Shown here one piece after another: positions 29,457 to 40,757 of a stretch of 64,000 bases of DNA. The stretch is from Candidatus Eiseniibacteriota bacterium (GTDB lineage: Bacteria > Eisenbacteria > RBG-16-71-46 > CAZAMP01), in NCBI GenBank assembly GCA_965224245.1, contig OZ245046.1, positions 3,840,001 through 3,904,000 on the forward strand, given 5' to 3'. The notes under the pieces were generated by a model that saw only the letters and a list, made by a program, of their open reading frames with translations, was not told the DNA's origin and made no database searches. The first letter of the stretch is position 1. Each line of letters starts with the position of its first letter. The position numbers and the translations under genes are program-made.

Positions 29457-31298
29457 TCAATAGAAGTCGGCGAGCACGAGCCCGCGCTCGGTCCCGGAAC
29501 CGTCGACGATCACGATCTCGGTGCCGGGCGCTTGGTTGCACAGCTCACGCCACCGGGCCGCGTCGTCACCGAGCGTCCGTCCATCCACCGAGACGATCCG
29601 CTCGCCCGCCTTCCAGCCGGCCTTCTCCGCGGGACTCCCGGCCTGCACGTGCAGCACCTCGAGCGCGCCGTCGGCCGGGTAGGCCAGGAGACCGGTGCGG
29701 TTGCGCCGGAACGGCTCGTCGCGCGCGTCCGGCGACCTCTCGAGCAGGAGCCGCCCGCGGGGGTAGTCGAAGATCACGCGGAAGCGGCTCAGGATCCCCG
29801 CGCCGAGATTGCCCGCGATGTCCTTGGTGTCGAACGCCCCCCGGTTGGCCTCGACGTGGAAGTCGGCGGGGACGTCGGTCATCTCGTACCCCGCCAGCGT
29901 GAACGAGCGGAGCGTGGAGCACTTCTGAACCGTCGTCCCGCCCACGCCGCCGCTGATCGAGTCGGAGATCCGCGGGCGGCCGGCGAGGAGGTCGTTCTCG
30001 GTCGCGTAATGCGAGAAGATCGTCAGCGTCCCGCCCGATCCGGTGTCGAGCGCGAACAACGCGGGCTCGCGTCCCTCGATGGAGCCGTGCACGAGCTTCA
30101 GGCCGTTCTCGTCGGGCACCAGCGCGAGGACGTGTCCGGGGCCGTCGTACGCGAACGTGTCGGCATCCTCGAACGCGAGCCGCGCGTTCGGGTAGTCGAC
30201 GTCGACGACGACGTTGTTGAAGAGCTCCTTGCCCAGGATGACGGGCATCGAGACGCCATAGCGCTCGGTCAGCGCGCTCAGGTCGACGATGGCGACCGTC
30301 AGACCGTGGAGCTCCGCTCCGCCGATCGCGATCGTGACGTCGGACGCCAGCGACGCCTCGACCGAGCCGCCCGTCCCGGTGGCCGCGATCGCGCCGCCGC
30401 CGCCGAGGCCGATCTCGTCCGCGAAGCTCCGGTCCACGACGGTGATGCCGGCCCCGCTGTCGAGCACGATCTCGGTCTCGGCGCCGTTGATCCGTCCCGG
30501 GACGTACAGGTAGCGTTTGTGGACCAGGTTCACGTCGATCCACTCTCCCGCGCCGGATGTCCAGTGAACCAGCGAGCCCGCCTCCGGCCGTGCGAACCGG
30601 GCCGGATCGATCTCCGCGGGCGCGTCGATCGACGCCCACTCGGTCACCGTGTCCTGGATCGGCTCGGCGTGAAACGTGCTCTCGCGATGGGGCGTGCGGA
30701 CCCCGCCGACGGTGCGCCAGTCCTCGTTCTTCGTGTACGTCGTGTCCACGTCCTCGATCGAACGCGACCACACGAGTCGGCCGTCGTCCGGCGAGAGGAA
30801 ATCGTCGTACGTGTCGCCGTTGGGGGCACGGAAACGCACCACCGTCCACGTCTCGTCCTCGCGCTCCTCGGTCCCCAGGAGCGATCGTTCGAAGGACGTC
30901 GGATCGAGGAGATGCTCGCCGAAGCTCCTCCGGATCGCGGACGCCCGGCGGGTCCGCATCGCACGCCCCATCGGCTCGATCTGGCCGCTCTGGTTGACCA
31001 CCCACGCGTCGTCGGCGCCCACGACCTCACTTCCGGCGATCACGCCCAGGTCGTAGCGCTGGTGGTAGCGGCCGTCCCTCGTCATCTCCACCGCCACCTC
31101 GCCGTTCATGCCGGCGACCGAGAGCGTGCCGGTGAGCGTCATCGCCCGGCGCGCGGTCAGGGCATCACGCCCACCCAGCCACTCGATGTGGAGATCGATC
31201 AGCGTGTCGAGCACGGGGGCCTCCTCGGAACGTGCGGGGTGCACGGGGATCGCGGTCAACAGCGCGGCACACGCCGCGGCGATTCGTCGAGTCACCAT
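29457..31298 (-). CDS. Secreted double retropepsin-like aspartyl protease with C-terminal PDZ domain
   Basis: VLDSGAG/ILG and ALDTGSG/GNLG motifs. PDZ SPAEKAGWKAGERIVSVDG. Confidence 0.9.
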   Translation of the reverse strand: MVTRRIAAACAALLTAIPVHPARSEEAPVLDTLIDLHIEWLGGRDALTARRAMTLTGTLSVAGMNGEVAVEMTRDGRYHQRYDLGVIAGSEVVGADDAWVVNQSGQIEPMGRAMRTRRASAIRRSFGEHLLDPTSFERSLLGTEEREDETWTVVRFRAPNGDTYDDFLSPDDGRLVWSRSIEDVDTTYTKNEDWRTVGGVRTPHRESTFHAEPIQDTVTEWASIDAPAEIDPARFARPEAGSLVHWTSGAGEWIDVNLVHKRYLYVPGRINGAETEIVLDSGAGITVVDRSFADEIGLGGGGAIAATGTGGSVEASLASDVTIAIGGAELHGLTVAIVDLSALTERYGVSMPVILGKELFNNVVVDVDYPNARLAFEDADTFAYDGPGHVLALVPDENGLKLVHGSIEGREPALFALDTGSGGTLTIFSHYATENDLLAGRPRISDSISGGVGGTTVQKCSTLRSFTLAGYEMTDVPADFHVEANRGAFDTKDIAGNLGAGILSRFRVIFDYPRGRLLLERSPDARDEPFRRNRTGLLAYPADGALEVLHVQAGSPAEKAGWKAGERIVSVDGRTLGDDAARWRELCNQAPGTEIVIVDGSGTERGLVLADFY

Positions 31299-31309
31299 AT
31301 CCTCCGGTA

Positions 31310-32290
31310 TCAGGTGCCGTCGTCAACGTCCCCGTGCATCTCGCCCGCCGTCGATCCGAATCGACGCTGGAGGGTGATCAGGCCCGGGGGATCGGTTCGT
31401 AGCAGAAGCGGTGCGCCGCCGGGCGGGTGGCCGGTCGCATCGCCGACATCCCGCCTGATCGCCTCCATCGACGCGCGCTCGAGGCGCGTCATCATGATCT
31501 CGCTGGCCACGTGGTTGTGGTGCATGCACGACAGGAACGTGCTGGCGCTCCAGACGGCCTGGTGCACGCGATCCAGTCCGGTCGACAGCAGTGCGAGCAG
31601 GTGCTCCTCGGCGTCCACGACCAGGCTCAGCTGCTGGCCGGGCCAGCGTTCGAGCACGCGCTCCGCGTCGGTGGCCTGCGTCCACTCGACGTACGACGGG
31701 CAGGGCGTCGTGCGCGTCGCGTCGTCCGCGTCGTCGGGGTCGTCGGGGTCGTCGGGGTCGTCCGGACGGCTCGCCCGGGCATCCACGCGATCGTAGGTCT
31801 TCACCGACACGGCGACGCCGCGCTCGGCGGCGCGCTCGAGGGGCTCGCGCAGCCGGGCCAGGGGCCGGGGGAACGCGTCCATCACGACCACCGTCGTGGC
31901 CCGATCGAGCATCGAGTGCGCGCGCTCGAAGACCTGCTCGACCGACCGGATCCGGTAGATCCGGTCATCGCCGGCGCCGGTCGCGATCCCGCTCAGGACC
32001 CGCTCGGCCCGGCGGCAGTCGCCCCGGAACTGGCGGTCCAGCCGGGCCACGAGCTCCCGGGGCGGCACGGGACGACACAGCCGGCTCTCCCCGTCGTCGA
32101 CGAGCACCGCGCCCTTCCGCTCCAGAGAGGCGATGGCCTTGTAGGTGTTCGCGGTCGGCTTGCCGATGGCGTGACTGACCTTGTAACCGGTTGTTGGAGA
32201 TGAAGATAGTAGCTCAACGTACACGAGCGCCTCGATCTCCGAGAAGCCGAGCGTCCGGAGGACCCCGATCGAATCTGGAATAGTAGTCAT
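31310..32290 (-). CDS. TrmB-family transcriptional regulator
   Basis: LGFSEIEALVYVELL...TGYKVSHAIGKPTANTYKAIASLERKG wHTH. C-terminal LVVDAEEHLL effector domain. Confidence 0.88.
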   Translation of the reverse strand: MTTIPDSIGVLRTLGFSEIEALVYVELLSSSPTTGYKVSHAIGKPTANTYKAIASLERKGAVLVDDGESRLCRPVPPRELVARLDRQFRGDCRRAERVLSGIATGAGDDRIYRIRSVEQVFERAHSMLDRATTVVVMDAFPRPLARLREPLERAAERGVAVSVKTYDRVDARASRPDDPDDPDDPDDADDATRTTPCPSYVEWTQATDAERVLERWPGQQLSLVVDAEEHLLALLSTGLDRVHQAVWSASTFLSCMHHNHVASEIMMTRLERASMEAIRRDVGDATGHPPGGAPLLLRTDPPGLITLQRRFGSTAGEMHGDVDDGT

Positions 32291-32299
32291 AGCTACTAA
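32280..32299. promoter_or_regulatory. Palindromic operator TAGTAG-N6-CTACTA spanning the TrmB start codon
   Basis: TAGTAG at 32281-86 and CTACTA at 32293-98 in an AT-rich patch. Confidence 0.6.
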
Positions 32300-32416
32300 T
32301 ACTGACACATCGGCTGCGGGTTTCACAATCGGAGCCGTCGGTGCGCGCGGGCAGTACACTGCGCCCCTGCGAGCGACGACGGGGGTGTTCTCGAGGGGCG
32401 AGAGGGGATCGGGTCG

Positions 32417-33703
32417 GTGCAGAAGATCGTGATCCTGGGAGGCGGCTTCGCCGGCGCGTACTGCGCGCAGGCGCTCGAGCGAACCCCGTCCGGTCGCGAG
32501 GCGGACATCCTCCTCGTCGATCGGCACAACTACTTCGTGTTCTACCCGCTCCTCGTCGAGGCGGGCACCGGAAGCCTCGAGCCGCGACATGCGGTCGTCT
32601 CGATCCGGTCGTTCCAGAGACGCGGGCGCTTCCTGATGGGAGAGGTCGTCGCGCTGGACACCGACCGCCGGACGCTGACGATCGAGACCCCGCACGGCGA
32701 GGCCGCGAAGACGGTGGCGTACGATCAGCTCGTGATCGCGCTGGGAAGCGTCACGCGACTGCCGCCGGTGCCGGGGCTCGCCGAGCACGGCTACCAGCTC
32801 AAGGGCCTGACCGACGCGGTGGCGCTTCGCGATCGGGCCATCCAGCTCCTCGAGGAGGCCGATGCCACCGACGATCCCGAGCGGCGCCGGGCGCTCCTGC
32901 ACTTCCTGGTCGTGGGCTCGAACTTCACCGGGATCGAGGTGGCCGGCGAGCTGTTCGTGTTCCTCCGCGATGCGGCCCGGCACTACCGGCGCGTCGAGCG
33001 GGCGCACTGCCGGGTGACGATCGTGGAGCTGGCCGATCGCGTGCTGACCGCGCTGGATCCGGAGCTCAGCCGGTACGCGCACGACGACCTGACCCGACGC
33101 GGGATCGACATTCGCCTCGGGACGACGGTGAACCGCCTCGATTCCACGTCGGCCACGCTGAGCACCGGCGAGACCCTGGACACGCACACCGTGATCTGGA
33201 CCGCCGGCATCGCGGCGCCGCCGATTCTCACCGACTTCGGGCTCCCGCTCGACGAGCGGGGATACCTCCGATGCGATCGCGATCTGCGCGTGGAGGGGCA
33301 TCCGAACGTCTGGGGGATCGGCGACGCCGCGGTGAACCGCGACGCGGACGGCAATCCGTACCCCGCGACCGCACAGCACGCGGTACAGGCGGGGCGCCAC
33401 GCGGCCCGGAACGTCGACCGGGTGCTCAGAGGCATGCAGCCCGAGCCGTTCGACTACTCCTCGAAGGGCGCCCTCGCCGCGCTCGGCTGTCGCACGGGAG
33501 TCGCTCGCGTCGGGCCCTTCAAGCTGCGCGGGTTCGCAGCCTGGTTCCTGTGGCGAACGGTGTACCTGATGAAGATGCCGGGCTGGTCGCGGCGGCTGCG
33601 CGTGGCGCTCGACTGGACGGCCGATCTCGTGTTCCGGCGCGACTTCGTGGAGCTGGGCGTGCACCGGGTGTCTCGAACGAACGCGGGACACGTGGATCGG
33701 TGA
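32417..33703 (+). CDS. ndh: Type II NADH:quinone oxidoreductase (NDH-2) family FAD oxidoreductase
   Basis: ILGGGFAG, FYPLL, YDQLVIALGS, WTAG, GIGDAA and ATAQHAVQAG motifs. Confidence 0.9.
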   Translation: MQKIVILGGGFAGAYCAQALERTPSGREADILLVDRHNYFVFYPLLVEAGTGSLEPRHAVVSIRSFQRRGRFLMGEVVALDTDRRTLTIETPHGEAAKTVAYDQLVIALGSVTRLPPVPGLAEHGYQLKGLTDAVALRDRAIQLLEEADATDDPERRRALLHFLVVGSNFTGIEVAGELFVFLRDAARHYRRVERAHCRVTIVELADRVLTALDPELSRYAHDDLTRRGIDIRLGTTVNRLDSTSATLSTGETLDTHTVIWTAGIAAPPILTDFGLPLDERGYLRCDRDLRVEGHPNVWGIGDAAVNRDADGNPYPATAQHAVQAGRHAARNVDRVLRGMQPEPFDYSSKGALAALGCRTGVARVGPFKLRGFAAWFLWRTVYLMKMPGWSRRLRVALDWTADLVFRRDFVELGVHRVSRTNAGHVDR

Positions 33704-33724
33704 TCGTCGGCGCGCCTCCGGCTC

Positions 33725-35239
<1,515 letters not shown>

Positions 35240-35405
35240 GGACTCCGAGCGCTCCGGGGCGGCGGGCTCGCCGGCCCCTCGACCTCGTTCCGGGGAGCGC
35301 GCGCCGACCGGCGACGCCCCCCGAAACGGCGACGTGCTAGCCTAGGTAACGCCCCGCGCGATGGCAAGTTCCCGCTGCCTCAGGAGGAGCGGCGCGCGGT
35401 CCGGC

Positions 35406-38027
35406 CTATCCCCAGCGGACGAGGTGCGAGTCGATCGCCGGCCCCAGATCGGGGTGCATCGGCATCACGCGCACGGCGAAGGCGTGCCGGCCGCTCTCGT
35501 CGCACGGGATCGCACCCTCGTACAGGAACGCCCCACCGTCGCCGTTGCCGCCGGCCAGCGCCATCGGGCTCGTATCCCCTTCGGTGACCTGGTCCTCGGC
35601 CTCGAGGCGGCCGTGGTACAGCTCGACGGTCACGTCCTCGGGTCGGAGGTTCCCGAGCTCGACCACGGCACGGACCCGAAGCTCCGAGCCCACCGTGAGG
35701 TCGTCGTCGCGATCGGCCTCCACGCGCCCCACGGCGACCGCATCCCAGCCCTCGGCGACCCGCGCGCGCCACGTGCTGAGCCCCGCGGCGCGGCTCATGC
35801 CGTCGGCCCCGAGCGACGTGAACGATGCGCTGGCCCGGACGTAGAACCGCTCTGCGTACTCCTTGACCATGCGGTCCATCGTGAACTCGGGCGAGAGCGT
35901 CTCGATGCAGGCCTTCATGCGCTCGACCCACGTGCGCGGCAGACCGGTCTTGCCCCGATCGTAGAACTCGGGAACGATCTCGTGCTCGAGCACGTCGTAG
36001 AGCGCCTCGCTCTCGACCTTGTCCTGGTAGTCGGGATCCTCGTACTCCTCACCGCTGCCGATGGCCCAGCCGAGCTCGGGCCGGTAGCCCTCCGCCCACC
36101 AGCCGTCCAGCACCGAGAGGTTGAGGACGCCGTTCAGGGCCGCCTTCATGCCGCTGGTGCCGCTGGCCTCCAGGGGGCGACGCGGGGTGTTCAGCCAGAC
36201 GTCCACGCCCTGCACGAGATAGCGCGCCAGCGTCATCTCGTAGTCCTCGAGGAACAGGATCCGGTGGTGGAACCGCTCCTCCCGGGCGAAGTGCACGATG
36301 CGTCGGATGAAGTCCTTGCCCGCGTCGTCCCGCGGATGCGCCTTGCCGGCGAAGACGACCTGCACCGGTCGCTCGGGGTCGTTCAGGATCTCCGCCAGAC
36401 GATCGGGATTCGCGAACAGCAGCGTCGCTCGCTTGTACGTGGCGAAGCGGCGGGAGAAGCCGATGGTCAGCGCCTTCGGATCCAGCACGTCGTCGGCGCG
36501 CTCGAGATGGCGCGGCGGAGCACCCCGGCGGATGAGCTGCCGGCGGAGCCGCGCGCGGGCGAACCCGACGAGGCGCTCGCGGCACCGCTCGTGCGCATAC
36601 CAGAGCTCGGTGTTGGGGATCTTGGCCACGCGCTCCCAGATGCCCGGTTCGTCGGAGCTGGTGACCCACTTCGGGTCCAGGTATCGATCGAACAGCTCCT
36701 CGAGGTCGCTCGAGAGCCACGTCCTCTGGTGCACGGCGTTCGTGATCGAGCGGATGGGCACCTCGTCGACCGGCAGATCCCGCCACACGTCGTGCCACAT
36801 GTTGCGGGAGACCGATCCATGCAGCCGGCTGACGCCGTTGCGACAGCGCGACAGCCGGAGCGCCAGCATCGTCATCGAGAACCGGGCACCGCCGTGGCCG
36901 TTCTGACCGAGCGCGACGAACTCGTCCATGGAGATCCCGAGCGAGTCCACGAACTCGCCGAAGTGCTGCCGGATCAGCGCCGGATCGAACGTGTCGTTCC
37001 CGGCCGGGACCGGGGTGTGGGTCGTGAACACGGTCCCCGCGGTCACCGCTTCGCGGGCCACCGAGAAGCTGACGCCGTGCTCCTTCATCAGCATCCGGAT
37101 CCACTCCAGCGCCAGGAACGCCGAGTGCCCCTCGTTCATGTGACACACGCTGGGTGAGATGCCGAGCAGCTCCAGAGCGCGCATGCCTCCGACGCCGAGC
37201 ACCTTCTCCTGCTGGACGCGCATGACGTCATCGCCGCCGTACAGCCGCGCGGTGAGCGCGCGATCCTCGGGCGCGTTCTCGTGCAGATCGGTGTCCAGGA
37301 GGAACAGCCGGACCCGGCCCACCATGAGACGCCACACCTGAATCGTGACGCGGCGACCGCCCAGGTCCACGCTCGTGCGCACCGGCGTGTCGTCGGGCAT
37401 CCGGGCGAGCGTCACCGGAAGCTCGTCGGGCGAGACCGTCGGGTAGCGCTCCTGCTGCCAGCCGTCGCTGTTCAGGTACTGACGGAAGTACCCGTTGCGG
37501 TACAGGAGCCCGATGCCCACGAGCGGAACGCCGAGATCGCTGGCGGCCTTCAGGTGATCACCGGCCAGGACGCCGAGTCCCCCCGAGTAGATCGGCACGC
37601 TCGAATGCAGGCCGAACTCCATCGAGAAGTACCCGATCGGTCCGGCCGCGAAGTCCTGGTGCGCCTCGGCGAACCAGCCACCGCCCTCGAGGTAGTAATC
37701 GAGCTTTCGCGTGACCTTGTCCAGGTGGGCGAGAAAGCTCTCGTCGCCGGCCAGCTCCTCGAGCCGCTCCTGAGAGACGCCGGCCAGGAGCGAGACCGGG
37801 TTGTGCGCGTGCTCGTCCCAGGCGTCACGATCGATGCGGACGAAGAGCTCCCGGGCCGCCGGCTCCCAGACCCACCAGAGATTGGTGGCGACGTCGCGAA
37901 GGCGCTCGAGGCGCGGCGGCAAGCTGGGCACGACGTTGAAGGCCCGGAGCGCCGCGGCGAGCGGCGTGTCCGGGGCGGATGCGGGGTCCACCGGGGATGC
38001 GGATCGGTCGGTCGTCTGCTCGGTCAT
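35406..38027 (-). CDS. glgP: Alpha-glucan (glycogen) phosphorylase
   Basis: YFSMEFGL...YSGGLGVLAGD, HMNEGH, FTTHTPVPAG, RRFATYKRA, FAGKAHP and EASGTSGMKA motifs. Confidence 0.96.
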   Translation of the reverse strand: MTEQTTDRSASPVDPASAPDTPLAAALRAFNVVPSLPPRLERLRDVATNLWWVWEPAARELFVRIDRDAWDEHAHNPVSLLAGVSQERLEELAGDESFLAHLDKVTRKLDYYLEGGGWFAEAHQDFAAGPIGYFSMEFGLHSSVPIYSGGLGVLAGDHLKAASDLGVPLVGIGLLYRNGYFRQYLNSDGWQQERYPTVSPDELPVTLARMPDDTPVRTSVDLGGRRVTIQVWRLMVGRVRLFLLDTDLHENAPEDRALTARLYGGDDVMRVQQEKVLGVGGMRALELLGISPSVCHMNEGHSAFLALEWIRMLMKEHGVSFSVAREAVTAGTVFTTHTPVPAGNDTFDPALIRQHFGEFVDSLGISMDEFVALGQNGHGGARFSMTMLALRLSRCRNGVSRLHGSVSRNMWHDVWRDLPVDEVPIRSITNAVHQRTWLSSDLEELFDRYLDPKWVTSSDEPGIWERVAKIPNTELWYAHERCRERLVGFARARLRRQLIRRGAPPRHLERADDVLDPKALTIGFSRRFATYKRATLLFANPDRLAEILNDPERPVQVVFAGKAHPRDDAGKDFIRRIVHFAREERFHHRILFLEDYEMTLARYLVQGVDVWLNTPRRPLEASGTSGMKAALNGVLNLSVLDGWWAEGYRPELGWAIGSGEEYEDPDYQDKVESEALYDVLEHEIVPEFYDRGKTGLPRTWVERMKACIETLSPEFTMDRMVKEYAERFYVRASASFTSLGADGMSRAAGLSTWRARVAEGWDAVAVGRVEADRDDDLTVGSELRVRAVVELGNLRPEDVTVELYHGRLEAEDQVTEGDTSPMALAGGNGDGGAFLYEGAIPCDESGRHAFAVRVMPMHPDLGPAIDSHLVRWG

Positions 38028-38485
38028 GGTCCATTCCTCGGCTCTTCGGGAACCGTTTCGGTTGTGTTCGAGCCACGCTGGCCGCGGCGCGGGCTGCCGA
38101 GTGTAAGCGTGCATCCCGGGTGCGCAACGCGAAAAGGACGCCCGATCGGGCAGGCGGGGATGCCGGATCGACGGACGGCTCCTGTCCCACCCCGGATCTA
38201 ACGCCACGACAACCAATTATGTTCAGCGGAGACCCGGCGCGCGACGCGCCTGCCCGCCTCCGAGCCCCCCGGGGCGCGTTGGACCGCCCGGAACGTATCG
38301 CCCCTTCAGACGCGAGGTTCACCGCAGGACGGAGCGTGGCCCGCAGATCGGCCGGGCCCCGCCCGGACGGCTGGATCCGGCCACGCGATCGAACGGATTT
38401 GGGGTTGAGATTCGGTCCGGAGCGCCGTCGAATGATGAAGGTCAGGGGCTTTCGACGACGTCACTCTCAACGAGGTCGGGATCCC

Positions 38486-39324
38486 ATGTCGAGACTGCAC
38501 GTTCTGGTCCCGCGCGTCCTCGCCCTGACGACGTGCGCGGCGCTCGCGACGACCGTCGGCTGCGGCGACGACGAGCCGACGGCCCCCGCCACCTCGACCG
38601 ACATCCGGGAGTCGCTCGGACTCGAGACGCTCCCGTCGGTCGTACACCCGGCGGACACCCCCCCCGCCGCGAGCGCATCGCGCTCGGGCGGCTTCTGTTC
38701 TTCGATCCGATTCTGGGCGGCGAGCGCAACGTCTCGTGCACACCTGTCACCATCCGGACTTCGGCTTCGCCGACGGCGCCCTACGACCGCTTCGTGCGAG
38801 GCGACGACGACGCCCTCGACGACATGGAGCTCCGGGGCTCGAGCTGTTCTTCACCAGGGCCCGGTGTGCGGAGTGTCACTCGGGCCCGATGCTCTCGGAC
38901 TTCTCGTTCGTGGTCCAGGGCGGTCACGCAGGAGGGACCCGGCAAGGACGCGGTGGAGGGCGACGACCTCGGTCGTTTCGAGTTCACGCGCGCCGACGGT
39001 GATGAGTACGCGTTCCGGACGCCGACGCTTCGCAACGTGGCGCGAACGGCACCGTACATGCACGACGGCGTCTTCTCGTCGCTGGAGGAGGTCGTGCGCT
39101 TCTACGATTCCGGCGGACTTCCGCGCCATCCGGCCGTTCCCGAGTCGGCCATCGATCCGCGCCTGCGCCAGCCCCTGGGTCTCACCGACGCCGAGATCCA
39201 GGCCCTGGTCGCGTTCATGGAGGCGCTCACCGACGAGGGCTCCGGCGTCGATCCGATGCTGTTGACGGTCCCCGATCGCGTTCCCAGTGGACTGACGCCG
39301 GTGACGGGTCTCTCGAGTCCGTAG
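38486..39324 (+). pseudogene. Di-heme cytochrome c peroxidase/MauG-like lipoprotein, multiply frameshifted and internally shortened
   Basis: Pieces in alternating frames: lipoprotein signal; LGRLLFFDPIL..NVSC; TCHHPDFGFADG; APYDRF; CAECHSGP; FRTPTLRNVARTAPYMHDG. Confidence 0.85.
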
Positions 39325-39372
39325 ACCCGGGCGCGGCGCGGCGTGATCGATCACCCGCAACGAGGACATGGC

Positions 39373-40266
39373 ATGTCGCCGAAAGAGCGCTTCGTCCCAC
39401 CGATCGATCACGCGTACCGCGTGCCGTTCGACGGATCGTTCCGCGTGCCTCGCGCGCCGACCGCGCCGCCGAAGGGGGCAGCCCGCAAGAGGGCCGCGCG
39501 CGAAGCCCTCGGGGCCGTGGTCGTGAAGCTCGAGCACCACCAACGCCGGCTGTACGCCGACAATCGGTACGCGGTGCTCTGCATCTTCCAGGCGATGGAT
39601 GCCGCGGGAAAGGACTCGACGATCCGGGCGGTCATGACCGGGGTCAACCCGGCCGGCTTTCAGGTCTACTCGTTCAAGCAGCCGTCGGCCGAGGAGCTGG
39701 ACCACGACTTCCTGTGGCGGACGGCCCGCCGACTGCCCGAGCGCGGTCGGATCGGGATCTTCAACCGGAGCTACTACGAGGAGGTGCTCGTGGTGCGGGT
39801 GCACCCCGAGTACCTCGATGCGCAGCGGCTGCCGTTCCCGACGAACGACGCCGGCTTCTGGAAGGCTCGCCTGCAGGCGATCCGCGAGCACGAGCGCTAC
39901 CTCGCGCGAAACGGCGTGGTGATCCTGAAGTTCTGGCTCAACGTCTCGCGCGCCGAGCAGAAGAAGCGCTTCCTCTCCCGCCTGGAGACGCCGCACAAGC
40001 AGTGGAAGTTCTCCAAGGCCGACCTCACCGAGCGCGCGTACTGGGACGACTACATGCGCGCGTACGAGGTGGCGATCGCCGAGACGTCGCGCCCGTGGGC
40101 GCCGTGGTTCGCGATCCCGGCCGACGACAAGCCGCACATGCGCCTGACGGTCGCCGAGATCCTCGATGCGACCTTCGATCGGATGAACCTCTCCTACCCC
40201 GAAACCGACGAGGTGAAGCGGCGCGAGCTCCTGGAACTGGCCAAGGTGCTGGAGTCCGACGACTAG
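39373..40266 (+). CDS. ppk2: Polyphosphate kinase 2 family (class III-like, polyP:nucleotide phosphotransferase)
   Basis: [39 protein letters not shown] and [10 protein letters not shown] motifs. Confidence 0.94.
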   Translation: MSPKERFVPPIDHAYRVPFDGSFRVPRAPTAPPKGAARKRAAREALGAVVVKLEHHQRRLYADNRYAVLCIFQAMDAAGKDSTIRAVMTGVNPAGFQVYSFKQPSAEELDHDFLWRTARRLPERGRIGIFNRSYYEEVLVVRVHPEYLDAQRLPFPTNDAGFWKARLQAIREHERYLARNGVVILKFWLNVSRAEQKKRFLSRLETPHKQWKFSKADLTERAYWDDYMRAYEVAIAETSRPWAPWFAIPADDKPHMRLTVAEILDATFDRMNLSYPETDEVKRRELLELAKVLESDD

Positions 40267-40268
40267 CG

Positions 40269-40715
40269 TGTCTGCCAGAGAGGTTGCTCGGTAGGGCAGA
40301 GAACGACTCATCCAGGGTCCTCTGGAAGAACGGGAGTTACCAAAGCTTCCAACCACCAGAGGAGACCCCGGATGAGACCGCATCCACGCCAAGACGACCC
40401 CGATGAGCAGGCAGATCCTCGTGGATCGCGTTCTTCGAGAAGGCTGGACGATCCGGGAGAGCGCAGACGCGGCGGGGATCAGCGTTCGCACGGTGTTCAA
40501 GTGGTTGCGGCGCTTCCGGGAGGAGGGACTCGAGGGGCGGCAGGATCGATCGTGTCGACCGCACCGTTCGCCGTTCCAGGCGCCCCCGCCGTTGTTCGGC
40601 GGATCGAGGCTCTCCGGAGGAAGCGCCGCGCGGCCCGGGAGATCGGATCTCGGCTGGGGGTTCCGGTCTCGGCTGGGTGTTCCGGTCTCGACCGTCTCCC
40701 CGGTGCGCCGTCTGT
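40269..40715 (+). mobile_element. Truncated IS481-family element (left end plus N-terminal HTH; no DDE domain)
   Basis: TGT-starting end just after the ppk2 stop. AKTTPMSRQILVDRV..GWTIRESADAAGISVRTVFKWLRRFREEG..DRSCRPHRSP, with frameshifts. Confidence 0.75.
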
Positions 40716-40757
40716 CCGTCATCGCCGGTCACCATTCGGCTTGCGCAGGGCTCGCCC

